DNA from: Chloroflexota bacterium
GTDB lineage: Bacteria; Chloroflexota; Anaerolineae; Anaerolineales; E44-bin32
Length of the DNA: 64,000 bases
NCBI GenBank assembly: GCA_027298025.1
Contig: JAPUGV010000222.1
Location: forward strand, 5,146 to 69,145
Reading direction: 5' to 3'
Notes under the pieces: generated by a model
Told to the model about the DNA's origin: nothing
Database searches by the model: none
What the model saw: the letters and a program-made list of their open reading frames with translations, nothing else
Shown here: in pieces, positions 28,894-39,844 of the stretch
Numbering within the stretch: position 1 is the first letter of the stretch
Layout: each line of letters starts with the position of its first letter
Position numbers and translations under genes: made by a program

Positions 28894-30234
28894 ATGCAGC
28901 TGAAAGGCGACCGCATGCCGTTTGGCGGCGCGGGAAGAGGATCCCGCCCCTGGCGGATCCTGATTCTGGTGACGCTTATTGCCGGCGGCATCCTCTTGAC
29001 CCGGCTAGTTGAGGCAGGGAGGGTGGAACCCTTGTTCCTGCCCACCCCAACTCCCACGCGCACCGCCCTATCCCATCAAGGAGAAGGCGAGGCTCACTTC
29101 GCATCCGGAGATCTAGAGCGATCTATCGAGGCCTACAAGCAGGCGGTGCGCTTGAGACCCGCTGACGCGGAGCTGCTGGCCGAATTAGCCAGGGTTCAGA
29201 CCTACTCAAGCGCGCTGATCGCGACCGCAGAGGGGGAAAGAGACAGGCTTCAGGAGGCTCAAGATTCGATTGATCGGGCTGTGGCACTTAGTGAAGACAG
29301 CGGTTTCGCGTGGGCAGTGCGAACCCTAGTCAACGATTGGCTAGCAGCCGCCGAAGACGATCTGCGTCTACGACAGAAGTATTTCACCGCTGCGGAAGCT
29401 TCCGCCAACCGTGCGTTATTGCTCCGGCCGGACAGCGCGTTGGCACTCGCCTATGAAGCTGAGGTCGATGTTGATCAGCTGAGGTACGCGGAGGCAACCG
29501 ATAAGATCCAATCCGCCCTTGATTTGGATTCGTCCAGTATGGATGTTCACCGCGTCCACGGCACCGTGCTGGAGAGCAACGGTTTCTATGAGGATGCCAT
29601 TCAAGCCTATGCCAAGGCGGCGCAAATCAACCCCAACCTCACATTCCTCTACCTGCGGATGGGGGCTAACTACCGACGTCTGAGCGAAATGGACAAGGCT
29701 TTGGAGTACTTCGCCAAAGCCGCGACCATCAATCGTCAGCTCGGGATAGCAGATCCAATCCCCTACTGGTCGATCGGTCGTACGTATCTTCAGGACGGGC
29801 AGTTCTTCATAGCGGCCAGGAATCTCGAAAGTGCACTCGAGATCTCGCCCGACAATGCCGAATTGCTAGGCTACCTGGGCATTATCTATTTCAAGGCCAG
29901 AAACTATGAGAATGCAGTAGGGACGCTCAGATGCGCCGTGGACGGGTGTACGGATGCCGAGCATGCCCGACTGCTGTGCGACACACTGGCAATTCTGAAC
30001 TGCGAGGACGAAGAGCAGGCTTTCAGGGCCAGCGGTGTATCCGGTCTTGAGCTTGGACCGAAGAGCTTGGAGTATTACTACACATACGGATCGGTGCTAA
30101 CGCTCGACAAAGCTTCCTGCGATGAGGCGGAACGCGTATTTCTGGATCTGGAGAGCAGCTACGGTACCGACCCGATCGTTTCAGCCATTGTCCTAGAGGG
30201 CCGCGGGCTCTGTGAGGACGAAACTGGGCAGTAG
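28894..30234 (+). CDS. membrane-anchored tetratricopeptide-repeat protein (paralog of 27548..28885)
   Basis: 446 aa. The N-terminus PWRILILVTLIAGGILL...PLFLPTPTPTR parallels the upstream gene. TPR units include SIEAYKQAVRLRPADAELLAELARV and AIQAYAKAAQINPNLTFLYLRMGANY. Confidence 0.75.
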   Translation: MQLKGDRMPFGGAGRGSRPWRILILVTLIAGGILLTRLVEAGRVEPLFLPTPTPTRTALSHQGEGEAHFASGDLERSIEAYKQAVRLRPADAELLAELARVQTYSSALIATAEGERDRLQEAQDSIDRAVALSEDSGFAWAVRTLVNDWLAAAEDDLRLRQKYFTAAEASANRALLLRPDSALALAYEAEVDVDQLRYAEATDKIQSALDLDSSSMDVHRVHGTVLESNGFYEDAIQAYAKAAQINPNLTFLYLRMGANYRRLSEMDKALEYFAKAATINRQLGIADPIPYWSIGRTYLQDGQFFIAARNLESALEISPDNAELLGYLGIIYFKARNYENAVGTLRCAVDGCTDAEHARLLCDTLAILNCEDEEQAFRASGVSGLELGPKSLEYYYTYGSVLTLDKASCDEAERVFLDLESSYGTDPIVSAIVLEGRGLCEDETGQ

Positions 30235-30347
30235 CTTCTAGACCCCTCTCATGGGCTCGACTCCCTCGCTAGGGTTGTAAGAGCAGTCTAACCCCCGCTG
30301 ATCCGAACCATAGACTCCAAGCAAACCGTCAACATCAACGCTACTTC

Positions 30348-30376
30348 TTGACATCCCCATTCGATACGGTTAAACT
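30348..30376 (+). promoter_or_regulatory. sigma-A promoter of groES-groEL
   Basis: TTGACA (30348-30353), a 17-nt spacer, then TAAACT (30371-30376). It sits immediately upstream of the CIRCE operator. Confidence 0.6.
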
Positions 30377-30387
30377 AGCGCGGCTAG

Positions 30388-30414
30388 TTAGCACTCCCGC
30401 GTGAAGAGTGCTAA
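30388..30414. promoter_or_regulatory. CIRCE operator (HrcA binding site)
   Basis: TTAGCACTC-ccgcgtgaa-GAGTGCTAA is a perfect match to the CIRCE consensus TTAGCACTC-N9-GAGTGCTAA. The inverted repeat extends to CTAG on both sides (30384-30418). Confidence 0.9.
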
Positions 30415-30471
30415 CTAGCGAATGTTGTGTCTAGGCTCCGTGAGAGCACCATAATTAATAGGAGAGTTCAT

Positions 30472-30771
30472 ATGTCGCTCAATCTCAAACCGTTAGGTGA
30501 CCGCCTGGTCGTCAAGCCGAAGGAAGATGAAGAGGTGACGCCAAGCGGCATCGTACTTCCGGAGACTGCCAAGGAGAAGCCCCAGAAAGGGGAGGTGTTG
30601 GCGGTGGGGCCAGGAGCCCGCGACGACGACGGCAAGCGCATTGAGATGGATGTCACGGTCGGCGACACAATATTGTTTGCCAAGTACGGTGGCACCGAGA
30701 TCAAGATGGATGATGGTGACAAGCTCTTAATTCTTCGTGAGAGCGATGTTCTTGCCATCCTCGACGACTAA
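30472..30771 (+). CDS. groES: co-chaperonin GroES
   Basis: ATG at 30472 follows AGGAGAG. Contains [48 protein letters not shown]. Confidence 0.95.
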   Translation: MSLNLKPLGDRLVVKPKEDEEVTPSGIVLPETAKEKPQKGEVLAVGPGARDDDGKRIEMDVTVGDTILFAKYGGTEIKMDDGDKLLILRESDVLAILDD

Positions 30772-30804
30772 TTCGGAGAATCTTTCAGGAGGAAAACAAA
30801 ACAG

Positions 30805-32439
30805 ATGACGGCCAAACAACTTGCATTCGCAGAGGACGCTCGCAGCCGATTGAAGGCCGGTATAGACGTCTTGGCCAACGCAGTGGCCACCACCCTCGGC
30901 CCGAAGGGCCGGAACGTTGCGCTCGACCGGAAATTCGGCTCGCCCACCATCACCCATGACGGTGTAACGGTGGCTAAAGAAGTGGAGCTAGAAGATCCCT
31001 ACGAGAACATGGGCGCCCAGCTGCTCAAAGAAGCGGCGACCAAGACCAACGACATCGCGGGTGACGGCACGACCACCTCGACCGTGCTGGCACATGCCAT
31101 GGTCAGCGAAGGTCTGAAGAACCTCTCGGCCGGCGCGAACCCGATGATGCTCAAGAGGGGCATCGAGCGAGCTTCCAAGGAAATCGCCGAGGTCATCAAT
31201 AAGACAGCCATCGACGTCACCACGAAGGAAGAAATTGCCTCCGTGGCGGCCATTTCCGCACAAGACGAGGAAATTGGAGAGCTCATCGCCGAAGTGATGG
31301 ATAAGGTCGGCAAGGACGGGGTGATCACGGTCGAGGAGTCCAAGGGCCTCGAATTCGAGACCGAATACGTCGAGGGCATGCAGTTCGATCGTGGTTATAT
31401 TTCACCCTACTTCGTGACCGACCCTGAGAACATGGAATCGGTGATTGAAGAGCCCTATATTTTGATTCACGACAAGAAGATCTCTGCCGCCACCGATATT
31501 GTTCCGCTGTTGGAGAAGCTGGTTCAGGTTGGCACGCGCGAGCTGGTCGTGATCGCCGAAGACATCGACGGGGAGGCATTAGCGACGCTGGTACTCAACA
31601 AGCTGCGTGGCATGCTGAACGTCATGGCGGTCAAGGCACCGGGGTTCGGCGATCGCCGCAAGGCTATGCTGCAAGACATCGCAGTTCTCACGGGTGGCAC
31701 AGTGATCACTGAGGAGCTTGGGCGGAAGCTTGAGTCGGTCACCATCAACGATCTGGGCAAAGCCGGCAAAGTGTTGTCGACGAAAGATGACACAACCATA
31801 ATCGAGGGCCACGGCGATAGCGACAAGATTAAGGGTCGCATCGAGGAGATCAAGGTTGAGATCGATCGCTCGACCAGCGACTACGACAAGGAGAAGCTGC
31901 AGGAGCGGCTCGCCAAGCTTTCCGGCGGAGTTGCAGTCATTCGCGTGGGCGCAGCTACCGAGACGGAACTCAAGGAAAAGAAGCACCGCGTGGAGGATGC
32001 GCTGTCGGCAACACGCGCCGCGGTGGAGGAAGGTATCGTTCCGGGAGGCGGTGTAGCGTTGATCAATGCCTTGAAGTCCATCGAGAAGCTTTCGGACAAA
32101 GAGGAGGACATCAACACCGGTATCAAGGTCGTGCGAACTGCACTTACGATGCCGCTGCGTGGTATCGCTCGCAATGCTGGCCAAGAGGGAGCGGTAGTGC
32201 TCGAGGCCGTGCGGCGCAAGCAAGAAGAGGCCAATAACGACCGCATCGGCTACGATGTGATTTCGGGGGACTACGTGGACATGGTAGAGGCCGGGATCAT
32301 CGATCCGGCGAAGGTCACGAAGGGCGCGCTGGAAAATGCGGCCTCGATCGCAGCCATGATCCTAACCACCGAGGCCCTAATTACGGATGTCCCGGAAGAC
32401 GATAAGATGCCGGCTGCACCCCCCATGCCGGATTACTAG
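30805..32439 (+). CDS. groEL: chaperonin GroEL
   Basis: 544 aa. Contains [45 protein letters not shown] and GGVALI. Confidence 0.97.
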   Translation: MTAKQLAFAEDARSRLKAGIDVLANAVATTLGPKGRNVALDRKFGSPTITHDGVTVAKEVELEDPYENMGAQLLKEAATKTNDIAGDGTTTSTVLAHAMVSEGLKNLSAGANPMMLKRGIERASKEIAEVINKTAIDVTTKEEIASVAAISAQDEEIGELIAEVMDKVGKDGVITVEESKGLEFETEYVEGMQFDRGYISPYFVTDPENMESVIEEPYILIHDKKISAATDIVPLLEKLVQVGTRELVVIAEDIDGEALATLVLNKLRGMLNVMAVKAPGFGDRRKAMLQDIAVLTGGTVITEELGRKLESVTINDLGKAGKVLSTKDDTTIIEGHGDSDKIKGRIEEIKVEIDRSTSDYDKEKLQERLAKLSGGVAVIRVGAATETELKEKKHRVEDALSATRAAVEEGIVPGGGVALINALKSIEKLSDKEEDINTGIKVVRTALTMPLRGIARNAGQEGAVVLEAVRRKQEEANNDRIGYDVISGDYVDMVEAGIIDPAKVTKGALENAASIAAMILTTEALITDVPEDDKMPAAPPMPDY

Positions 32440-32470
32440 ACTCATCCGAACGAAGCCAAGGTAGGGAACA

Positions 32471-32500
32471 ACAGCCCCTTCCACTGGAAGGGGCTGTTTC
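32471..32500 (+). terminator. rho-independent terminator after groEL
   Basis: ACAGCCCCTTCC / GGAAGGGGCTGT form an 11-12 bp stem with a 3-4 nt loop, followed by TTTC. Confidence 0.7.
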
Positions 32501-32553
32501 GTCCTTATGATCGAGGCGGAGGCTTAGAAATGCCCCCGTCAACTACGACCGGC

Positions 32554-32730
32554 CTAGTTCAGCCAGGTGGCGATACCCCCAATAATGACCAGGACCGCGA
32601 TCGCCGCGCATCCTAATGTAAAGAGCCGCACAGTAAACCTCAGTGCGACGCGCAAGACCATCCATGCGACGATAGCGCCCACAATCACGATGACTGCTTT
32701 GAGTGCAGCAGGTATTTCAGCGAAATCCAT
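32554..32730 (-). CDS. small hypothetical membrane protein
   Basis: ATG at 32730 gives MDFAEIPAALKAVIVIVGAIVAWMVLRVALRFTVRLFTLGCAAIAVLVIIGGIATWLN (58 aa, two TM helices). It overlaps the hutI 3' end by 14 nt. Support is only the ORF and its hydrophobicity. Confidence 0.35.
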   Translation of the reverse strand: MDFAEIPAALKAVIVIVGAIVAWMVLRVALRFTVRLFTLGCAAIAVLVIIGGIATWLN

Positions 32731-33994
32731 CTCGGCTCCGATCCACGACGATCCGGCCTTTCTTGACCACAGTCTGTACAAGGTTCGTGCCAAAACGGTA
32801 GCCCAGGTGGCGATAGTCCTCCACTTCCAAGATCAGCAGATCGGCCTGTTTACCCAGTTCCAGGCTTCCAACCACATCCTCGCGACCGATGGCAGCCGCG
32901 GCGTTGACCGTGCAGGCAGCGATGGCCTGCGCCGGCGTAAGGCCCATATACCGAGTGGCAAGTGCGATCACAAACTGCATGCTCTCACACCACGCGGTCC
33001 CCGGATTGAGGTCGGATGCCAGAGCCAGCAATCCACCTGCCTGCAGAATCTTAAGCGCGGGTGTGTACTCGGACTCCGCTAACCCAAACGGCGTAGCCGG
33101 AAGTGCGATGGCGGCTGTTCCCGAGTCTCCAAGCATCTGGATCTCATTGGCAGTTGTGTGAACCAAGTGATCCGCCGAAATTGCGCCTAATTCGATCGCC
33201 AGCTTGGTTCCGCCTAAGCTTGCGAATTCGTCTGCGTGGATCTTGAGTGGGAAGCCGAGCTCTTTGGCGACGCCTAGCACTCTTTGACACTGGGCCAGAT
33301 CGAAGGCCCCTTCCTCACAGAACACGTCGACGAAGGGCAGGGGGGTATCGCTCCGGCGATCTCCCCACCACACCACCAGCGCGGGAAGCATCTCATCGCA
33401 GATCAAGCCCACGTACTCGTCGGCCTCGTATTCGGCCGGGACCGCATGCGCCGGCAGGAAGGTCGGCGAGAGTTCAATCGGACCCCGCTCATCGAGAGTC
33501 AGGATTGCATCGAGTATGCGCAGCTCGGGTTCAAGCGCTAATCCATAGCCGGTCTTGGCCTCCGCGGTCGTGGTTCCATGGTTCAACATTCGATTCAGCC
33601 GCAGGCGCGCCTGCGCGATGAGCTCTGACGGTTCGGCCGCGCGCGTGTGGCGCACAGTCGATAGGATGCCGCCGCCCTGAGAGAGGATTTCCATATAGGT
33701 AGCGCCTGAGGCGCGGGCCTCGAATTCATCGGCTCTGTCCCCAGCCCAAATCAAGTGAGTGTGCGGATCGACGAAGCCTGGCATGACGACCCGACCGAAG
33801 GCATTGATCATGACATCCGGCTCGAACGTCTCGCGCAGTTCATCCGAGCTTCCAATGGCTTGCACCCGCTCGCCCGCGATCGCCACCGCGCCATCCTCAA
33901 TGATCCCCAGCTGACCCAATTCACTCCCGCGCTGAGGGCCGCCAGAAAGCGTGAGCAGCTGGGAAGCGGAGTGTAAGAGCAGATCTACCTCCAT
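32717..33994 (-). CDS. hutI: imidazolonepropionase (amidohydrolase superfamily)
   Basis: 425 aa. Contains PGFVDPHTHLIWAGDRADEFEARASGATYMEILSQGGGILSTVRHTRAA, KIHADEF and ISADHL. Confidence 0.85.
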   Translation of the reverse strand: MEVDLLLHSASQLLTLSGGPQRGSELGQLGIIEDGAVAIAGERVQAIGSSDELRETFEPDVMINAFGRVVMPGFVDPHTHLIWAGDRADEFEARASGATYMEILSQGGGILSTVRHTRAAEPSELIAQARLRLNRMLNHGTTTAEAKTGYGLALEPELRILDAILTLDERGPIELSPTFLPAHAVPAEYEADEYVGLICDEMLPALVVWWGDRRSDTPLPFVDVFCEEGAFDLAQCQRVLGVAKELGFPLKIHADEFASLGGTKLAIELGAISADHLVHTTANEIQMLGDSGTAAIALPATPFGLAESEYTPALKILQAGGLLALASDLNPGTAWCESMQFVIALATRYMGLTPAQAIAACTVNAAAAIGREDVVGSLELGKQADLLILEVEDYRHLGYRFGTNLVQTVVKKGRIVVDRSRDGFR

Positions 33995-34049
33995 TGAGCC
34001 ACCCGGCGCTGTGGATCCGGGATGAGTTGGGATCCAAGGCTGTCTGCCT

Positions 34050-35213
34050 TCATGGAGCTACTGCAACCACCTCTCCCCGTTCTCGAACGAAGGCCAGCAG
34101 GAGCCCAAGTGCAAGCAAATTGAGTATCGCACCGACCACTCCATTCCCACCCAGACCGATCGCGAAAAGCGGTCCACCCGCCAATGCGCCCAATATTCGG
34201 CCAAGTGAGAACGCGGCCAGGTTGGTTGCCATTAGAGTCGATCGTGCCTTGGGTGTCTGCTCGCTCATGAGAGGAATCGAACTTACGATGGCAAATTCGA
34301 AAAATAGGTAGAGGGCGAAAACCGCGAAAAGGGCGCCGGGAAGAGTTCTGCCGAGGACCGGCAGCGCAAGGGATGCGAGCGCGGTAAGCAAAAGCCCGAT
34401 CGCCACCGATCGCTTCTTACCAATGCGATCTGTGATTCCTGCCACCAATCCCTCGCCGCTGAGCTCAGCCAGTCCGATGACGATGCTCGCCGCACCTAGA
34501 GCCGCTACCGTCAGGGCGAAGGCCTCCTCAAACCAGAGACCGTACACGATGCTTACGACCTCGTTGCCCGCCGCCATCAGTAGGCTGACGCCGAGCGCCG
34601 CCAAGGCCGACCTGCGCACCAGGATCGAATTGAAACTGTCAAACAGGCTGGGCGTATCAGTTCTCGCCGGCTGGTCCGCGGGCAGAGACCGCCAAAGCCA
34701 TATGCCTCCCAAAACTGTCAGACCGGCCAGGATCGGAAACGGCGAATGCCAGCCCCAGGCCGCGATCATCAAGCCAACGATTGGGACCCCGACCAAGAAG
34801 GCGGCAGACCAGCTCACTTCAACGAGCGCCATCGGGGTGCCTCTGCGCTCGAACGCCACGCGATCCCCGACGTACGCATACTGAGCAGGATCCATAACGA
34901 TCTTTGAGAGTCCGGTGGCAAGGATGGCAAGGAACAGCGCAATGTAGATGGGCCAGATCCCTACCAAAACCATGCCTCCCGCGAAAATGCCTACCCCGAC
35001 CAGGATCGCCAGCTTGCGGCCGCGCAGGTCGCCGAAAGACCCCAGAATCGGGCTTGCCAGGCCCAGGCCTGATCTCGAGGTAATCGCCAAAACGATCGCC
35101 TGTGGCTCCACGCCGACCCCCCGGGCCAGAACAGGCAGGAACGGATACACCAACCGAAAACCGGTACTGATAATGGTGCGTGTAACCGTGATTGCAAGGA
35201 GCTGCATGCGCAT
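34050..35213 (-). CDS. MFS transporter
   Basis: 387 aa with about 12 hydrophobic helices and the loop 2-3 motif GDLRGRK. Its start is 3 nt after the upstream nitroreductase stop. Confidence 0.8.
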   Translation of the reverse strand: MRMQLLAITVTRTIISTGFRLVYPFLPVLARGVGVEPQAIVLAITSRSGLGLASPILGSFGDLRGRKLAILVGVGIFAGGMVLVGIWPIYIALFLAILATGLSKIVMDPAQYAYVGDRVAFERRGTPMALVEVSWSAAFLVGVPIVGLMIAAWGWHSPFPILAGLTVLGGIWLWRSLPADQPARTDTPSLFDSFNSILVRRSALAALGVSLLMAAGNEVVSIVYGLWFEEAFALTVAALGAASIVIGLAELSGEGLVAGITDRIGKKRSVAIGLLLTALASLALPVLGRTLPGALFAVFALYLFFEFAIVSSIPLMSEQTPKARSTLMATNLAAFSLGRILGALAGGPLFAIGLGGNGVVGAILNLLALGLLLAFVRERGEVVAVAP

Positions 35214-35216
35214 GGA

Positions 35217-35735
35217 CTAGCTTCCCCAGCGATCGTAGGAAATGACCTCAGAGAGCGTCTTGCGCCCGCCGGCGTGAGGAGAGGCCGTCAGTGAACTCGG
35301 GTCCTTCGGGTAGCCAAGAGAGAGAACTGCCCTGACGTGGAATTTGGGGGGGAAACCCAGCAGCTCGCGAGCCCGATCGGGCTCGTATATGGATACCGGG
35401 CAAGAGCCGATCCCGAGTTCCCAAGCAGCGAGCTGCATGTACGCGGCCGCCTGACCGGCATCGAACATAATTGACCAGCGTTCTGCCGGGTCAGGGGTGA
35501 GGATGACAATTGCGGCCGCAGCCCCCGCAAGCTGCTTTGCGAATTGACCGAGCTGCGACAGTTCGACGAGAACTTCCCGATCTTGCGCAATAATGAAGTG
35601 CCAGGCTTGGCGGTTCTTTGCCGACTGGGCGCGACGCCCCGCATTTACGACCGCTGTTAGTAGCTGCTCAGGGATGGGGTCGTCCGTGAACTCTCTCACC
35701 GCACGTTTCATTCGGATGGCTTGGCTTACATCCAT
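35217..35735 (-). CDS. nitroreductase-family protein
   Basis: 172 aa. Contains [41 protein letters not shown]. Confidence 0.8.
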   Translation of the reverse strand: MDVSQAIRMKRAVREFTDDPIPEQLLTAVVNAGRRAQSAKNRQAWHFIIAQDREVLVELSQLGQFAKQLAGAAAAIVILTPDPAERWSIMFDAGQAAAYMQLAAWELGIGSCPVSIYEPDRARELLGFPPKFHVRAVLSLGYPKDPSSLTASPHAGGRKTLSEVISYDRWGS

Positions 35736-35851
35736 GTTGTTTTCCTCCCATAGGTGCGATGGATTTTACTCCCCCAATTGGGGTCTACGTTGCGAAAAAG
35801 AAGGCATGGTATCATTGCCCACTTTCACAGAATCGTGACAAAGGGAGCACC

Positions 35852-37210
35852 TTGAAGAACCTGACAGTCGTCGGAGTAGGTCACGTGGGCCTCGTAACCG
35901 GGGCCTGTTTTGCGGACCTGGGAAATCGAGTGATCGCCCTGGACACGGACGAGGAACGCATCGAAGGGCTCAACAGGGGCCAGATGCCGATTTATGAACC
36001 GGGGTTGGAGGAACTCGTTTCGCGTAACGTATCCGCGGGCCGATTGACCTTCACAAGTTCCTATGGGGACGCAATCCGAGACGCAGAGTTCGTCTTCATT
36101 GTTGTCGGCACGCCAAGCGGCGTGGAGGGCGAGGCCGATCTGAACTACATTCGGCAAGCGGCGGAATCCATTGCGGAGGCGATGATCGCCCCTCTCGTGA
36201 TCGTCAACAAGTCCACTGTTCCGGTCGGAACCGGAGACTGGGTAGCCGATATCATCCAATCGCATCAGAAAGTCTCGATCCCCTTTGCCGTGGTCTCAAA
36301 CCCTGAATTCCTGCGTGAAGGGGCAGCCATTTCCGACTTCATGAGCCCCGCACGTACGGTGCTTGGGTCAACGGATGCTCGAGCCGCAGAAAGGGTTGCG
36401 CAGCTTCACCTGCCTCTCCGCGCACCGATTGTGATTACGGATTTGCGAACGGCGGAAATGATCAAATACGCCTCCAACGCATTTCTAGCGACAAAGATCT
36501 CTTTCATCAACGAGATCGCCAACATCTGTGAGGCGCTGGGGGCGGATATCATGGAAGTGGCCACAGGTATGGGATACGATCCGCGGATTACGCGTTACTT
36601 TCTCGACGCCGGTCTTGGATATGGTGGCTCGTGTTTTCCAAAGGACGTCAAGGCGCTGGCCTACATGGCGGAGGAAAAAGGCCGACACCCACAACTCCTG
36701 CATGCGGTCATGGAAATCAACCAAGATCGGCGCTCCCAGCTAGTTGAAAAGGCGCGCGAGCTTCTGGGCAGCCTGGAAGGGAAGAAGGTCGGCCTGCTTG
36801 GCCTTACCTTTAAGCCCAACACGGATGATCTACGTGAAGCACCGGCCCTGGACGTAGCGGAGCTCCTTCAGCGAGAGGGGGCACAAGTGCGGGCCTACGA
36901 TCCGGTTGGTATGGAGCGTGCAAGCCAGCTGGTGCCGGAAATCGAAATGGCGCGGGATGCCTACGCACTGGCAGATCAGGCAGATGCCATCATTGTATGC
37001 ACGGAATGGAACGAATTCTTACAGCTTGATTTGGAACGAATTCACGATCTTATGCGTCAGCCGGTGATCATCGACGGGCGGAACATCTACGACCCCAAGC
37101 AAATGGCACGTCTTGGCTTCAGGTACCTGGGGTTTGGCCAGGGCTACGGACCTGACGGCTCGGCGGTTTCACAAGCAGAACGCACAAAGGAAGAACAGCC
37201 CAGCCTATGA
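35852..37210 (+). CDS. ugd: UDP-glucose 6-dehydrogenase
   Basis: TTG at 35852 is preceded by AAGGGAG. Contains [30 protein letters not shown] and GGSCFPKDV. The ORF-track ATG at 35759 adds 31 non-conserved residues. Confidence 0.88.
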   Translation: MKNLTVVGVGHVGLVTGACFADLGNRVIALDTDEERIEGLNRGQMPIYEPGLEELVSRNVSAGRLTFTSSYGDAIRDAEFVFIVVGTPSGVEGEADLNYIRQAAESIAEAMIAPLVIVNKSTVPVGTGDWVADIIQSHQKVSIPFAVVSNPEFLREGAAISDFMSPARTVLGSTDARAAERVAQLHLPLRAPIVITDLRTAEMIKYASNAFLATKISFINEIANICEALGADIMEVATGMGYDPRITRYFLDAGLGYGGSCFPKDVKALAYMAEEKGRHPQLLHAVMEINQDRRSQLVEKARELLGSLEGKKVGLLGLTFKPNTDDLREAPALDVAELLQREGAQVRAYDPVGMERASQLVPEIEMARDAYALADQADAIIVCTEWNEFLQLDLERIHDLMRQPVIIDGRNIYDPKQMARLGFRYLGFGQGYGPDGSAVSQAERTKEEQPSL

Positions 37211-38496
37211 GTGGAGCCGTACTGCGCACCCGGCTCCGTAATGGCTTGGAAGTCCGGCTCAAGGAAATCCACGCCGCGCCGCTGATCAGCACCTGGGTGT
37301 GGTACCGGGTGGGGGCGCGGAACGAAGTCCCCGGCATCACCGGCATCTCCCACTGGGTCGAGCACATGCAGTTTAAGGGTACGCCGACGTTTCCAGCCGG
37401 AACGCTGGACCGCGCAATCTCCCGGGAGGGCGGTTTCTGGAACGCCTTCACCTGGATGGATTGGACCGCCTACTTTGAAACCATGCCTCAAGATCGAGTG
37501 GAGCTCGCATTGAAGGTCGAAGCCGATCGCATGCAAAACAGCCTGTTCGATCCGGCGGAAGTCGATTCCGAGCGCAACGTAATCATTTCAGAACGCGAAG
37601 GCAGTGAGAATGAGCCCACATTCCGTCTGTCCGAGGAAGTGCATGCGGCAGCCTTCCGAGTTCACCCGTACCATCATATGACTATTGGTGACATGGCGGA
37701 TCTGCACACCATCTCGAGGGATGACCTGTACGAACACTATCAGAAGCATTATGTGCCTGGCAACGCGGTGCTAGCAATTGCAGGTAATTTCAAAATAAGC
37801 ACCATGCTCCGGCGCGTTCGGGAGCAGTTCGGCTCCATCCCCAGCGGTCCGAGACCGGAGTACTCGAATCGACCGGAACCCGAGCAACCGGGTGAGAGAC
37901 GCGTTAACGTCGAGGGTCCAGGTCAGACCGCATTTCTCGAGCTAGCCTATCAGGGCCCGGACGCCACTCACGAGGATTTCATACCGATGGCAGTGCTCGA
38001 CAGCGCATTGACCGGAGCCTCAAACCTTAATCTCTTTGGCGGCGGCATTTCGAATAAGACCTCTCGCCTTTACAAGAAGCTGGTGGAGGGCGAACTGGCA
38101 GCCTCCGTCGTAGGCGGATTGGCGGCCACCATCCATCCCTATCTGTATTCGATTATGGCCACGGTGAGACCGGACAGCTCTCCCGAGCAGGTGCTGGCTG
38201 CCTGCGACGAGGAGATCCAGAGGATGCTGGATAAGGCGGTCACGAAAGAGGAGGTAGCGAGGGCCATCAAGCAAGCCAAAGCCCTGTTCGCATACGCGAG
38301 TGAGAGCATCACCAACCACGGGTTCTGGCTTGGGTACAGCGAAATGTTCGCAACCTACGACTGGTTCGAAACGTACCTTGACCGTCTCTCGAAGGTGACC
38401 CCAGATCAGGTGCTAGAAGTAGCCAGAAAGCGGCTTATTCCCTCGCGGCGCGTGGTAGGAGTGTACCGTCCCAATGGGACAGCTGCCGCGGCTTGA
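37207..38496 (+). CDS. M16-family zinc peptidase (catalytic-type subunit)
   Basis: 429 aa with an ATGA overlap with ugd. The inverted zincin motif HWVEH sits in [14 protein letters not shown], followed by EREGSENEP. Confidence 0.85.
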   Translation: MSGAVLRTRLRNGLEVRLKEIHAAPLISTWVWYRVGARNEVPGITGISHWVEHMQFKGTPTFPAGTLDRAISREGGFWNAFTWMDWTAYFETMPQDRVELALKVEADRMQNSLFDPAEVDSERNVIISEREGSENEPTFRLSEEVHAAAFRVHPYHHMTIGDMADLHTISRDDLYEHYQKHYVPGNAVLAIAGNFKISTMLRRVREQFGSIPSGPRPEYSNRPEPEQPGERRVNVEGPGQTAFLELAYQGPDATHEDFIPMAVLDSALTGASNLNLFGGGISNKTSRLYKKLVEGELAASVVGGLAATIHPYLYSIMATVRPDSSPEQVLAACDEEIQRMLDKAVTKEEVARAIKQAKALFAYASESITNHGFWLGYSEMFATYDWFETYLDRLSKVTPDQVLEVARKRLIPSRRVVGVYRPNGTAAAA

Positions 38497-39844
38497 TATC
38501 AAGACCCTTCCGGGCTCGAAGACGGTCCTGCGGAAGGAGCTGGAAAACGGGATCATCTTTCTGGCGAGGGAGAATTTCTCCTCTCCCTCTGTCGTGATCT
38601 CCGGATACTTGCGCGTGGGAGCGCTGCTGGAAGAAGCCCATATGGCTGGACTGGCATCCATGACCGCAGCTTCCCTGATGCGCGGCACTCGGCAGCGCAA
38701 GTTTGGCCAGATCTATCATTCAATCGAATCGATCGGCGCGCGCCTCAATTTCTCCGCAGGTAAACACAGCATTTCCTTCTCCGCAAAGGCTCTGGCGGAG
38801 GATCTTGGTGTGCTGCTCGATCTCCTTTACGAGGTGTTGCTGACTCCAACCTTTCCCAAGGCGCAGGTCGACCGCCTGCGCGCTGAAAAGCTCACTGCGC
38901 TGGGCATCCGCGATCAGGAGACGAGTGCGCGTGCGGATATGGCTTTCAACCAGCTGATCTACAAAGATCATCCCTATGCCATACCCACGGAAGGAAACAA
39001 AAAGACCGTGGCTCAGCTGACGGCCGCAAACGTGCGAACCTTTCATCGAAAGTACTTCGGCCCGGATGGCATGGTCATCTGTGTGGTTGGCGGAATCAAG
39101 GCTCGGCAGGCGGCAAAAGCGGTCTCCGAACGCTTCAAAAGCTGGAAGAGGAATGGACAAGTTTCGGATCTGAGTGTTCCATCGGTCAGCCCACCGAAGG
39201 GCCTCCAGCGCACGCACGTAGACCTCGAGGGAAAGAGCCAGGCCGATCTGGTCATGGGGATTCCGGGCCCGCCTCGGTCTGATCCGGATTTTATATCTGC
39301 TGCACTTGCCAACAATATCCTAGGGCGCTTCGGCATGTTCGGCAGGATCGGGGATGTCGTTCGCGAGGAGGCCGGCTTGGCATACTACGCCTACAGCACG
39401 CTCGCGGGTGGGATGGGTCCTGGCCCCTGGCAGGTAGTCGCGGGGGTGAATCCCAGCAATCTCGAGAAGGCCATAGAGTTGATCCGAGGTGAGTTAAGCA
39501 AGATCATCAGGCGCCCTCCTGATGAGGACGAGCTGGATGACAATAAGGCTAATTTTATCGGGCGTCTACCGCTTCAGCTAGAATCCAACGAAGGGGTGGC
39601 GGGGGCAATCGTGAACGCGGAAAGGCATTCGCTGGGCATCGACTATTACCAGAAATATCCGGATCTTATAGCCAGCGTGACGCGCGACGAAATCCTGCGC
39701 ATAAGTCAGCGCTTTATCGATCCCGACAATCTGGCAATCGCCAGCGCGGGACCGCCCGCGACGGATGGAAAACGGCCGGGAAGCAAACGTGGCAGAAAGA
39801 AAGGCGGGGGAGCAGCTCGAAAAGCCCGCGAGCCCCAATCATGA
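38474..39844 (+). CDS. M16-family peptidase-like protein lacking HxxEH (non-catalytic partner type)
   Basis: 456 aa, overlapping the upstream gene by 23 nt. The equivalent position reads LASMTAASLMRGT, so there is no HxxEH. The tail is basic: GKRPGSKRGRKKGGGAARKAREPQS. Confidence 0.8.
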   Translation: MGQLPRLDIKTLPGSKTVLRKELENGIIFLARENFSSPSVVISGYLRVGALLEEAHMAGLASMTAASLMRGTRQRKFGQIYHSIESIGARLNFSAGKHSISFSAKALAEDLGVLLDLLYEVLLTPTFPKAQVDRLRAEKLTALGIRDQETSARADMAFNQLIYKDHPYAIPTEGNKKTVAQLTAANVRTFHRKYFGPDGMVICVVGGIKARQAAKAVSERFKSWKRNGQVSDLSVPSVSPPKGLQRTHVDLEGKSQADLVMGIPGPPRSDPDFISAALANNILGRFGMFGRIGDVVREEAGLAYYAYSTLAGGMGPGPWQVVAGVNPSNLEKAIELIRGELSKIIRRPPDEDELDDNKANFIGRLPLQLESNEGVAGAIVNAERHSLGIDYYQKYPDLIASVTRDEILRISQRFIDPDNLAIASAGPPATDGKRPGSKRGRKKGGGAARKAREPQS

